Part shown: piece after piece, positions 54,773 to 64,000 of the stretch
Position numbering within the stretch: the stretch's first letter is position 1
Layout: every line of letters begins with the position of its first letter
NCBI GenBank assembly: GCA_002298165.1
Contig: DBMI01000041.1
Location: 51 to 64,050 of the forward strand
Direction: 5' to 3'
Source: Desulfarculales bacterium UBA702
GTDB taxonomy: Bacteria > Desulfobacterota > Syntrophobacteria > Syntrophobacterales > Syntrophobacteraceae
Length of the DNA stretch: 64,000 nt
Program-made: the position numbers and the translations under genes
Notes under the pieces: generated by a model
Seen by the model: only the letters and a program-made list of their open reading frames with translations
Told to the model about the DNA's origin: nothing
Database searches by the model: none

Positions 54773-55267
54773 TTACATCCTGGATGGGACCGGATGTGAA
54801 GAGGATCTGGAGGCTTTACGTTTTCTATCTTCCTGGAATTTGACCAGATTTTCGGGCAAACCACGCTTTTTTGCGGCGCGGCTTCTAATGCGGGACAGCG
54901 ATTTGGCCGAAAGAGACTGCCTCATCGTAAATCCCCATTTCTTCTTGTAGTCGCGGGGAGTAAGTCCATGTGAACTAAGATGTTTCTTTGTCAGCTGCTT
55001 CATTTCTATACCGCACTCGATGCATATTATTTTATTCTCGCGAATTGAATCCTTAGGATCCAGGAACTCGGGTTTTTTAGCCGCTGGTTTCTCAGCCATC
55101 ATCATCTCAGGCTCCAGCAATTCGCCTCGATCTTCGAGATGTTGCATCCGCCGCAAAACAAGAAATGTATTGGTAAGAATCTGTTCGATCTCATCAGGGG
55201 AAATCCTACCGACAGACGCCCTTGCCTTTACAATGGCGGCGGCAATTTCAAGCAGTCTCTTTGCCAT
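54773..55267 (-). CDS. mucR: MucR/Ros-family zinc-finger transcriptional regulator
   Basis: KIICIECGIEMKQLTKKHLSSHGLTPRDYKKKWGF matches the Ros/MucR zinc-finger box. Confidence 0.85.
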   Translation of the reverse strand: MAKRLLEIAAAIVKARASVGRISPDEIEQILTNTFLVLRRMQHLEDRGELLEPEMMMAEKPAAKKPEFLDPKDSIRENKIICIECGIEMKQLTKKHLSSHGLTPRDYKKKWGFTMRQSLSAKSLSRIRSRAAKKRGLPENLVKFQEDRKRKASRSSSHPVPSRM

Positions 55268-55809
55268 CTTCCACGCTCCTTTGAATGAGAACTGAGAATA
55301 CAGGAATAGAAAATTCGTCTACCAAATGCGCCATATGTGGTACTGGAAGTACAATCACAAATCAGGCTGGAAGATTTACAACATTTAAGGTCTGTCATGA
55401 CGGATGCTGAATATAAAGATAAAAGCGTTTCTGATGCAAGTAAAAATAGAAGTTTACTGATGCTTTTATTATATTTTTGATAGATTTCATGTGAAGGTGT
55501 TCATTGCGGGAAATTTGGAATGAAAATTTGGCTTTTGATCAGTGTCATAATGTTTCACGGAGATAAGTTCTTCTGCCCGAACAAATTTTCATTCTGGATG
55601 TGTTTTTCATGCTGAGAATTTGGAATTATAAATCTGCTACAGGAATGCGAGCCCCAAATGATTTTCTTATGCCATCGCGGGTAAAAAGATGACTACAGCC
55701 TGGCAATACATTTAGGGCAGACTTTTCAGCCTGCCCCACGTGCCGATCCATAATTTCTTTATCTGATCGGGTTCAAATTGGATTAGCGAAACCGATGAAC
55801 GATGTCCGC

Positions 55810-57507
55810 CTATTCGCTTCCCTCGAACATTAAGAATCTTACCATTTGGGGCTCCGGCTGGTTTAGAGCAGAGAATGGCCGCATCTCACCTTCATAATCG
55901 CGCAGGACTGGGGTGAGGTATTCCGCCGCCTGCTCTCTTTTTTGAGGATCGGCAATTACCCGATGTACCCATTCCATCACCGCCCTGTCGATATCGGCTT
56001 GCTGGAGAAGAGGAAAAATTGAATCCCATTTGGAAGCGGGCAATGGTTCCGGGACCTGTTTTCCGCTGTAGAGGAACCGTGCCGCGGCAGTAAGGACAAG
56101 GACTCCCACGGTAATATCTTCGACAGACCTTATCTGGCCCTGTGTCCAGAGTCGAGGCTGAATGTCTCTCGGCTCTACCCCTAGCGCAGTGTAGAGGAGT
56201 CCTGCCGCTGTAATGACATCGATTAGCCGAGTAGCGGCGGCAAGGTCCCGCGGCGAGCGGAAAAAATCCTCTACGGGAGGGGATTCCAGTTCATCTCCGG
56301 GATGGCGTCTTAACAGTTTGGGGGTCCTTGCCAGCAGCAATTCGGCGGCTTCAAACCATTCCTCATCAAGACACCTTATTCCGGAAGGGCATTGCCCGAT
56401 CCAGCCCGATTTTACGAGCGCCCGCAGCCGTCCAGTGACTTTAGCGATTTCGGAGTGTGCAATCCTGAACAGGTGTTCGGCGTAAAAATTCTCGATTGCT
56501 TTTTTAGCCTCTTTATAATCGCCGCCCGAGACGATTTCGAGGCCAAGGTTGACGTAAGCCGCAGCTTTCTCGACCGCCCGGCGCAGTGCCTCACCGGAAT
56601 CGGTCGAAACCTGGTCGGCAACTACAACCTTGCTCGAAAGCGATGCCAGCTCGAATTGCAGCATCTCGATAATATCGCTTCCGTCCAATTCGCCAAGTAC
56701 CCTGCCCAGCAGGTCGGAGTCTGGAACCAACGCCAGCGCGAACGAAGGTGGGCTCTGCTCTCGCGGTTCCGGATGGGCTGGCAGCTTTCCAGTCAATTCC
56801 CCCGGTTTTATATTGCGGTAAATTTCCAGCGAATCGTAGTAGTCAGGGATGGCCTTTTCGGAAAGTCGCGCATGGTGGAACCGGTAGGCCAACTCCTCGA
56901 TTTCTATTGTAGGAGCGGAAAGAACATGGTTCATCAGTTCTTTGTAAAAAGTGTAGTTCGCTTGGAGAATGAGAGTGAGAACGTGCAGAATCAGCTCGTC
57001 ATATTGGGGATATCGCGATTCCCAGAAGAAGTGGTCATCTAGCGTTCTCTCGGGAAGACTTTGCCTTGATTCCACAAGATCGATATCCTCTGGAGCGACC
57101 TCCACAGTGATCCATTTTTTGAAAATCGATATGAGCAATTCGAAATCGGCATGATAGATCCATTCGAGAAGCTTCGGATCGCTTGCCCTGGACAGCCGGT
57201 CAAGCCAGCTGAGCGCCTTGGCCGGCTCTATTTCATCTTTCTTCCACCACTCGAGATCGAAAAGATGGTCCACCTGCTCGCGTGTGGCGAGTGTGAGTAA
57301 TGGCAAAGAATCGTCAGGCCCGATTTCCTGCAGCGTAAAGAAAAAATCGGCCGCATCCATAGCGGCCACGACAGCTTCGGCGTCGGAGCGCTCCACGATT
57401 ACTTCCAGGCGTCTTTTGGCCGGCAGATGCATAAGCTCGCGTGCGAGTTGCACCGCTGGAAGCCTCACCAGCCTTTTTTCATTGAGATTCAGTATATCCG
57501 CAGACAT
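55810..57507 (-). CDS. conserved hypothetical protein (helical; MgtE-N-like N-terminus)
   Basis: Long unbroken ORF (565 aa). N-terminus LPAKRRLEVIVERSDAEAVVAAMDAADFFFTLQEIGPDD. Function not recognised. Confidence 0.5.
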   Translation of the reverse strand: MSADILNLNEKRLVRLPAVQLARELMHLPAKRRLEVIVERSDAEAVVAAMDAADFFFTLQEIGPDDSLPLLTLATREQVDHLFDLEWWKKDEIEPAKALSWLDRLSRASDPKLLEWIYHADFELLISIFKKWITVEVAPEDIDLVESRQSLPERTLDDHFFWESRYPQYDELILHVLTLILQANYTFYKELMNHVLSAPTIEIEELAYRFHHARLSEKAIPDYYDSLEIYRNIKPGELTGKLPAHPEPREQSPPSFALALVPDSDLLGRVLGELDGSDIIEMLQFELASLSSKVVVADQVSTDSGEALRRAVEKAAAYVNLGLEIVSGGDYKEAKKAIENFYAEHLFRIAHSEIAKVTGRLRALVKSGWIGQCPSGIRCLDEEWFEAAELLLARTPKLLRRHPGDELESPPVEDFFRSPRDLAAATRLIDVITAAGLLYTALGVEPRDIQPRLWTQGQIRSVEDITVGVLVLTAAARFLYSGKQVPEPLPASKWDSIFPLLQQADIDRAVMEWVHRVIADPQKREQAAEYLTPVLRDYEGEMRPFSALNQPEPQMVRFLMFEGSE

Positions 57508-57619
57508 CTAATAAATTCCTTTTTATTGCAAAAGATACTATATTCATCCCTGATTAAGCGGCTCCGCGTCCAATTACTCTAAACTCATACAGCGGTTGCC
57601 GCAAGGCAGGAGTGAGCAG

Positions 57620-58546
57620 ATGATATACACTGTTACACTGAATCCGGCGTTAGACAGAACAATCGAGATCGATAAGCTGGTCTGTGAAGATACCATCCGT
57701 ATTATTAAAGAGACTTTTTATGCGGGTGGCAAGGGCATTGACGTTTCGCGGATGATAAAAGAATTCGGCGGGCGAACTGTTGCCCTGGGATACATTGGCG
57801 GTTTTGACGGATTGAAGCTCGAAGGGCTTTTGATAAATGCCGGGGTGGTGAGCGACTTTACTCGAATTGCTGGGGAAACCAGGACAAACATAATTATCAT
57901 CGAGAATTCCTCGGGATGTGAGTACGTAGTCAGCGCCTCCGGCCCGGAGATCAGCGCCTCGGAGGTAAGCTCGTTCTACCAGCACCTGCTCGGGTTGAGA
58001 GACATGGATTACCTCGTAGTAAGCGGGAGTCTGCCACGTGGAGCGACCCCCAATTTTTACGGCCAGATTATCCTGGCGGGGAAGAAAAACAAGGCATTCG
58101 TGCTTTTGGATACCGACGGCAAAACACTGAGGGAGTCGATCGAGTACCTCCCAACATGTATAAAGCCAAACCGATTCGAACTGTCGCGCCTGGTGGGCCG
58201 GGATCTCCAATCCGAAGCTGACCTTATTAGGGCATGCGATGAGGTACACGAAAAGGGTATCGAGATAGTACTGCTTTCGCGCGGCAAGGAAGGATTGATC
58301 CTTTCTCTTCGAGATCGAAAGCTGAGAGGCACGACGCCTCCGGTCGAAGTGGCAAGCACTGTCGGGGCGGGTGATTCCTCGATTGGCGGGTTTATCCTTG
58401 CACATTCTCGGGGCGAGAGCCTTGAAGATTGCCTGCGCCTTGCCTGCGCGGCCGGAGCAGCTACGGTTATGAGTCCAGGGACCGAATTGGGCAGCAGGGG
58501 TCAGGTTGAAAAGCTCCTCCCATTGGTAGAGATAACCGAACTTTAA
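57620..58546 (+). CDS. PfkB-family sugar-phosphate kinase (1-phosphofructokinase-like)
   Basis: MIYTVTLNPALDRT, AGGKGIDVSR, and C-terminal STVGAGDSSIGGF. AGGAG RBS. Confidence 0.8.
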   Translation: MIYTVTLNPALDRTIEIDKLVCEDTIRIIKETFYAGGKGIDVSRMIKEFGGRTVALGYIGGFDGLKLEGLLINAGVVSDFTRIAGETRTNIIIIENSSGCEYVVSASGPEISASEVSSFYQHLLGLRDMDYLVVSGSLPRGATPNFYGQIILAGKKNKAFVLLDTDGKTLRESIEYLPTCIKPNRFELSRLVGRDLQSEADLIRACDEVHEKGIEIVLLSRGKEGLILSLRDRKLRGTTPPVEVASTVGAGDSSIGGFILAHSRGESLEDCLRLACAAGAATVMSPGTELGSRGQVEKLLPLVEITEL

Positions 58547-58804
58547 GACGGAATAGGTGTGGGCAGCATTTAGCAGGTTTTGTACAGCATAAATTCACGA
58601 ACTTAACGGCCTTTTCCGATCTATGCATAATACGGCTTAAAAACTGACGGGAAGCCTTGATGCACCCGGTGAACGGCGGACTTATCTTGAGTATACATTT
58701 TCCAACCCTGATCGGTTTGCGGGCTGAAATCGCGCGCCGGCATGCCTGAACCGGAATGGATTTGCCTGAGGGCAGTTGGTAACAGATCAAATGGAGGAGT
58801 GGTC

Positions 58805-59122
58805 ATGAAGAGGTTTTTGATGCTGTTGGTTGCGGTTGTAATGATTTCCGCTTCAATTCCCGCTTTCGCGGAGGAAATGCTCCCGCCCGACCCGAACCGT
58901 CTTGGCGATTTCGGCGCCGAGTACCAGGGGGAGAGAATTCTGGTTGACATTTTCTTCGTACGCCCGCTTGGTCTGGCGGCAATAGCGGTCGGAGCGGCCG
59001 GTACGATAGTTGGTCTGCCGTGGGCTGCAACAAGTTGCAGTACTGACAGGCTCGGCCGTGAACTGCTTGAAAGGCCGTTGTCTTTCACATTCGAGCGTCC
59101 GGTGGGGGATGTAGATTTCTAA
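58805..59122 (+). CDS. small exported/membrane protein, unknown function
   Basis: Signal peptide MKRFLMLLVAVVMISASIPAFA and GGAGG RBS. Confidence 0.5.
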   Translation: MKRFLMLLVAVVMISASIPAFAEEMLPPDPNRLGDFGAEYQGERILVDIFFVRPLGLAAIAVGAAGTIVGLPWAATSCSTDRLGRELLERPLSFTFERPVGDVDF

Positions 59123-59144
59123 GTCCTCAAATCTGTTCCTTCGA

Positions 59145-59750
59145 ATGCGGAAATCCAAAATTGCACTTACCGGCGGGATTGCCACGGGAAAGAGTACCGT
59201 GGCAAGTATGTTGCGGGAATTGGGCGCCATCGTCATTGATGCGGATGAGCAGGCAAGGCGCGTAGTCGAGCCGGGAACCGAATCGTGGGATCAGTTGCGC
59301 AACCTGTTAGGAGAGGAATATTTCAATCCGGACGGGACCCTGAAAAGGCGCGAGCTCCGCGAAAGAATCATCAGAGACCCCGATTGCCGGAAAAGACTAG
59401 AGTCGGTGCTCCATCCGTTCATTCTCGGGGCAATGTGGAGTGAATGGGAAAAAACCATGGCGTTGCACCCCGACTCGGTAATCGTGCTAGATATTCCGCT
59501 TCTCTTCGAAGGCGGATTTGACAAGAACTTCGATGTAATAATCCTGGTCTACGCCCCGCCGCCGGTCCAGGTTGGCAGGCTGGTCACAAGAGACGGACTC
59601 GACCCCGACGAAGCGCAAAAGACCCTCTCTATTCAATATCCGATCGATTCCAAGAAATCGAATTCTACTTACATCATTGACAACTCAGGCGACCTGGAAT
59701 TTACCCGTGAGCAGGTAAAGCAACTTTGGAGCGATCTGACCAAAGGATAG
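59145..59750 (+). CDS. coaE: dephospho-CoA kinase
   Basis: IALTGGIATGKSTV P-loop; 201 aa; family-typical layout. Confidence 0.88.
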   Translation: MRKSKIALTGGIATGKSTVASMLRELGAIVIDADEQARRVVEPGTESWDQLRNLLGEEYFNPDGTLKRRELRERIIRDPDCRKRLESVLHPFILGAMWSEWEKTMALHPDSVIVLDIPLLFEGGFDKNFDVIILVYAPPPVQVGRLVTRDGLDPDEAQKTLSIQYPIDSKKSNSTYIIDNSGDLEFTREQVKQLWSDLTKG

Positions 59751-59811
59751 GCAGGTTAAATGGGGCAGCCGGATTTAATCCGGGGTGGTACAGAAGTTGA
59801 CGTCCATGGGG

Positions 59812-62379
59812 TTATATCGAGGTCCGGAGATCCAGCACCCCGCGGATCGCTTCGGCCAGTGATTTTACTGAAAAGGGCTTCATTATGAATTTTTTGATGC
59901 CCATGGAAATTGCGTCGCCTTCATCCAGAAGTTCGCTATAGCCGGTACAGATTATAATGGCCACATCGGAACGGATTTTGAGCACTTCTCGTGAGAACTC
60001 AACACCGTTGAGTTTGGGCATGGTTGTATCGGTTATAACCAGGTCGAAGTAGTCTGGATTTTCACGGAATAGTCTAAGTGCATCGATGCTGTCGGTTGTA
60101 GCGACTACCCTGTACCCGAGATCTTCAAGCATGTCCCTGCCCATCTCCACCAGGAGTTCTTCATCATCGACGAAAAGGACCCGCTCCACCCCGCGTGGTA
60201 GCGACCCGGCGAGTTGTGGGGCGGCTTGCGCTTCACCCGGCAGGCCGGGTAAGTAAACTGTAAAGATGGTCCCCTGTCCGGGCTCGCTTTGGACGGTTAT
60301 GGCCCCTCCCGACTCGCTTATGATCCCATAAACGACTGAGAGCCCCAGACCGGTACCCTCCCCCTTTTTCTTGGTGGTGAAAAACGGGTCAAAAATGCGA
60401 CCCATTATCAACGGGTCGATACCCTTGCCGTTATCGATTACCGAGATCTTCACATAAGGGCCGGGTTCGAGGTCTGCCTGCAGGCCTTCCATATCCGGCA
60501 ATACCTCGAAATTTCCCACATCGATTTGGATCAGACCGCCTGTTTCAGGGATGGCATGGGCGCTGTTGGTACAAAGGTTGATTATGACCTGGTGGATCTG
60601 CGTGCGGTCGGCGAGAACCTGGAACAGGTCGGGCGCACTGGACACGCATATTTCCAGGGTAGATGGAAGTGTTGCCCGTAGGAGTTTCCGAGCCTCTTCG
60701 ACAATCGATCCGATATCAATTGGTTTCTTCTCCTGGCGGTCCGCGCGGCTAAACGCCAGGATCTGTCCGACAAGGCTCTTGGCTCTTTCACCAGCCAGGA
60801 GTACCTGCTCCATGTATCCTATGAGTTTTGGGTCGCGCAGCCCCAGCTTTGTCATCTCGGCAAATCCAAGGACCGCGGCGAGAATATTATTGAAATCATG
60901 AGCAATTCCGCCGGCCAGCGTGCCTATGGCCTCCATTTTCTGGGCCTGGAGCAGGCGGGATTCGAGCAGCTTGCGCCCGGTAATATCCTGGGCCGTACCC
61001 TCGAGGTAATCAATCCTGCCGTTATTGTCGCGCACGGCACGGGCATTTATAGATATCCAGGCAATGGAACCGTTCTTGCGAACATATTGAAACTCGAATT
61101 CCTGAATAACCCCATATTGCTCGATCCCACGGACCAGCTCCGGGTACCGGCTGCCTTCGGTGTTTAGATGCCACGCCAGGTCCGATTTGGAGTTCAGCAG
61201 ATCATCGACTTCATCATAGCCCAGGATTCTTGCAAATGCCTTGTTCGCGCTGATAAGGTCCCCACGTGGAGTCACCTGGAAAATTCCCATAACCGCGTGT
61301 TCGAATATGCTTCTGTATTTCTCCTCTGCCCTGCTGATCGCTTCATGGGCAAGTTTCTGCTCGGTAATGTCCCGGATGGATTCTATGGTTCCGACGCGGT
61401 TTCCGTGAGCATCCAGCAACGGGGCGGCCATTGCGAACAGGTGTGCTCCCCTGCCGCCGTTTACCATCGGCGCGAAAATTTCCGAGCAAAGTTTATCGCC
61501 CTTACGCTTTAGATCGTCCACCCTGCCTTCCTGCCCGGATTCGATTCTGTCGAGACGATCTATGAGATCATGTCCCTTTGAGCCATAAAAGGGAACAACA
61601 TCCGGATAATTATCTTTGCCTATGATTTCGCTCTTGCCAACCCCTGTAATTTCCTCCATTGCCCGGTTCCACGCAATGACTTTCCTGCTGTTATCGAGCA
61701 CCACTATGGAATCCGGCAGGAATTCAATTATGTTCTGAAATTGCTGGCTGGCGGAGATCAGCGCCTCATTGGCCGACCGGAGTTCCCGCGTCCGCTCCTC
61801 GACCCGCTGTTCCAACTCGCGGAGGACCTTCTTCAGTTCGGCTTCGATGGCTGTGCGGTTCTGAATCTGCTCCGAGAGTTCCCTGTTGATCCTCTCGATC
61901 CTGTCGCTTTGGGTACAGGCAATACAGGCTCCGGCAAGTTTCATGTTCAACCGGTCAACAGCCCCTATGACAGTCTCTTCGAGCGGTTCTCCTGTTTTCA
62001 CCAGAAGAAGCAGGCCGAATCCTGGAAGGTCCATGAGGTAAAAAAAATCCCCTTCCGAGCAACCGCGGATGGGGAGTTGGGCTCGAAAATCCAGGTATTC
62101 GGATTCAGTGGCAGTTTGTGGGATTCGCTGAAAGGCCGACTTGCAGGCATCGAGGAAGCCGGCGTTACGAGGAATGGCATAGACAGGGGTAAATCGAAAC
62201 GATCCTTCGGGTTCCTCTCTCATTTCCGCCACTATCCCGGCTGAGCACCCGAGTTTTTTTATGTAAGTCGAAAGGCTCCATCGCAGCATGCTTACCAGGT
62301 CGAGGCTGTTGCCGATAGACATGGCAATTTCATAGAGCATCTGAGCCTGAACCGGTGTATCGCTCATTGGGAATTCCAA
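59812..62379 (-). CDS. hybrid sensor histidine kinase (GAF-like, coiled coil, 2x PAS, HisKA, HATPase, receiver)
   Basis: H-box GIAHDFNNIL, N-box INLCTNSAHA, G-boxes DNGKGI and GTGLGLS. C-terminal receiver VLFVDDEE..DLVITDTTMPKLNG. Confidence 0.88.
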   Translation of the reverse strand: MEFPMSDTPVQAQMLYEIAMSIGNSLDLVSMLRWSLSTYIKKLGCSAGIVAEMREEPEGSFRFTPVYAIPRNAGFLDACKSAFQRIPQTATESEYLDFRAQLPIRGCSEGDFFYLMDLPGFGLLLLVKTGEPLEETVIGAVDRLNMKLAGACIACTQSDRIERINRELSEQIQNRTAIEAELKKVLRELEQRVEERTRELRSANEALISASQQFQNIIEFLPDSIVVLDNSRKVIAWNRAMEEITGVGKSEIIGKDNYPDVVPFYGSKGHDLIDRLDRIESGQEGRVDDLKRKGDKLCSEIFAPMVNGGRGAHLFAMAAPLLDAHGNRVGTIESIRDITEQKLAHEAISRAEEKYRSIFEHAVMGIFQVTPRGDLISANKAFARILGYDEVDDLLNSKSDLAWHLNTEGSRYPELVRGIEQYGVIQEFEFQYVRKNGSIAWISINARAVRDNNGRIDYLEGTAQDITGRKLLESRLLQAQKMEAIGTLAGGIAHDFNNILAAVLGFAEMTKLGLRDPKLIGYMEQVLLAGERAKSLVGQILAFSRADRQEKKPIDIGSIVEEARKLLRATLPSTLEICVSSAPDLFQVLADRTQIHQVIINLCTNSAHAIPETGGLIQIDVGNFEVLPDMEGLQADLEPGPYVKISVIDNGKGIDPLIMGRIFDPFFTTKKKGEGTGLGLSVVYGIISESGGAITVQSEPGQGTIFTVYLPGLPGEAQAAPQLAGSLPRGVERVLFVDDEELLVEMGRDMLEDLGYRVVATTDSIDALRLFRENPDYFDLVITDTTMPKLNGVEFSREVLKIRSDVAIIICTGYSELLDEGDAISMGIKKFIMKPFSVKSLAEAIRGVLDLRTSI

Positions 62380-62632
62380 CGTGAAAAGCTGTTGTTCAGC
62401 AAGAGTTCAAAGGTAATTGATCCGCACCGGCGATAGTCAAAATCGCACCAGCCGCAAAACCGCCCTTACCTCAAACCATCAGGCACTTACCTCGTAACCT
62501 GCAATTAGGATGTGTTTTATTCAGTTTATTTGCCGGGTAGTATAGCAAACAAATCCACGCTTAAAAAGCGAGATTGGGCACAGCACCTTACCCTCGGCCA
62601 GTGTTATTTCTTCAGCTCCTCCGTCTTCCATC

Positions 62633-63067
62633 TCATAATCGCCCTTGTTCCGTCTGGGTGATTCTTTGTCTAAGTTCTTCCGGCATGAGGGCCTTCTGGT
62701 TTTTGTTGTAGTCGAACATGACCAGTACCCCTTCGCCCTCGGCAGCAATTTTAGAGTGACGGTGGCTGAAAACTATATGTTTCATCTTAAAGCGGTCCTC
62801 GCCTATCTCGGTCACTCGTACCCCTGATGAAACAACATCGGGATAGGTCAACGGCAAGCGAAACCTGCAGTTAGTGGTCGACAGAATGGGCCCTATTCCG
62901 CTCTCGACCATGAACTCAAAGCCTTTGATTCTGTCGAAGTATGCTATTCTGGCGCTCTCGAAATAGCGAAAATAAACTACGTTATTCACATGGTTGAAGG
63001 AATCCATTTCTCCCCAGGCAACCGGGATCTCTATAATGACTGGAAAATCTTTTAGGATGTCTTTCAT
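62633..63067 (-). CDS. hotdog-fold acyl-CoA thioesterase (4HBT/YbgC-like)
   Basis: 144 aa. VAWGEMDSFNHVNNVVYFRYFE active-site region. Confidence 0.8.
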   Translation of the reverse strand: MKDILKDFPVIIEIPVAWGEMDSFNHVNNVVYFRYFESARIAYFDRIKGFEFMVESGIGPILSTTNCRFRLPLTYPDVVSSGVRVTEIGEDRFKMKHIVFSHRHSKIAAEGEGVLVMFDYNKNQKALMPEELRQRITQTEQGRL

Positions 63068-63230
63068 TTGACTTCTCCTAACTCATTGTTAACGAAAAAC
63101 AAGCCAATGAGAGCGCAGGAGTGAGAGGAGATCGCCGGGGGAGATGTCAGGGTTTTTGGCTGCCCTTGCATAGAAACCATCGATTTTCCTGTAGTACCGG
63201 GGCTGGAAGATTTCAATAAAAAACGCGATT

Positions 63231-64000
63231 ATGGAAAAAATGCACAAAACGAAACCAGGGGATATCACTCCCTTGCTGGACCCGGAAGAAACGAAAAGGC
63301 GACTGGCCGACCATTTAAAAGCCCTCACCGTAACTATTGGCGAGCGGAACATGTTTTCACCGGATAAATTGACGGCCGCTGCTAGCTACATAGAGTCAAT
63401 CCATCGGCAAAATGGCCTGGACGTTGAGCTTGAGCACTATCCCTGCAACCATTTCACTGCAGTGAACGTGGTTGCTTTTTCCGGTCCACCGGAGGCGCCC
63501 CCTGTTAAACGCTACCTGGTTGGGGCGCACTATGACTGCGTGCTTGGGACCGTCGGAGCCGACGATAACGCAAGCTCCGTGGCGGTGCAGCTTGAAACAG
63601 CGCGCCAACTCCATATTTTGCGCAGCTCCAGGGAAATTCCAGCCCTGGTAAAATTCGTCTCCTTTGCTCTCGAAGAATACCCTGCTTATGCAACCATGCG
63701 CATGGGCAGCCGCGTGCATGCCAGGGGCATGAAGTTAAGGAATGAGACAACAGACGGGATGATCTGCCTGGAAATGGTCGGCTACACCTGCAACATCCCA
63801 GGTTGCCAGAAATACCCTTTCCCCCTCTCCCTCATGAACTATCCGAGGCAGGGGGACTACATATCCATAATTGGAAATTTCGGCTCGAAAAAACTTGTCA
63901 GTGATCTTGCGGGAAGCTTCGCTAAAAACCCTGCTCTTCCCATAGTACCCCTCATCGTTCCCCTAAACGGTTGGATCATGCCCGCGGTGAGGCTGAGCGA
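63231..64000 (+). CDS. M28-family metallopeptidase (3' end outside the window)
   Basis: My own translation from the ATG at 63231: ...YLVGAHYDCVLGTVGADDNASSVAVQLE...FALEE...; the frame stays open to the window edge, so it is absent from the ORF track. Confidence 0.7.
   Translation, partial: MEKMHKTKPGDITPLLDPEETKRRLADHLKALTVTIGERNMFSPDKLTAAASYIESIHRQNGLDVELEHYPCNHFTAVNVVAFSGPPEAPPVKRYLVGAHYDCVLGTVGADDNASSVAVQLETARQLHILRSSREIPALVKFVSFALEEYPAYATMRMGSRVHARGMKLRNETTDGMICLEMVGYTCNIPGCQKYPFPLSLMNYPRQGDYISIIGNFGSKKLVSDLAGSFAKNPALPIVPLIVPLNGWIMPAVRLS

Overview
The window looks like a chromosomal segment from an anaerobic, probably deltaproteobacterial (Desulfobacterota-like) organism; that taxonomic call is inference from gene content only. 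About 60 protein genes can be supported. The centrepiece is a 16-gene, single-strand operon (31691 down to 17374) for a B12-dependent diol/glycerol-dehydratase bacterial microcompartment. Its gene order is gldA, a DUF1097 membrane protein, pduA, pduB, pduCDE, pduGH, a pduK-like gene, a divergent double-BMC protein, an eutJ-like gene, a long pduM-like gene, pduN, pduO, DUF336, pduP, DUF336. No PduL, PduQ, PduW, PduS or PduF is visible. A PocR-domain histidine kinase and a NarL-type response regulator (32097..34531) sit next to the operon. The whole block (about 16955..35609) is bracketed by an intact tRNA-Arg(CCT) and a decayed direct copy of that tRNA plus its terminator, which suggests an old island that no longer has an integrase. 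Other notable items are a sulfate ABC transporter whose ATPase is fused to tandem USP domains, a histidine-kinase remnant, and a MITE-like element with terminal inverted repeats present in two copies. There is also an ECF sigma/anti-sigma/atypical signal peptidase operon, a MucR-family regulator behind a long AT-rich leader, and small Cys-rich or zinc-finger-like ORFs. The rest is housekeeping (proC, PPi-PFK, cspA, coaE, pfkB) and signalling genes. All calls come from reading the ORF translations and the DNA by eye; no searches were run.
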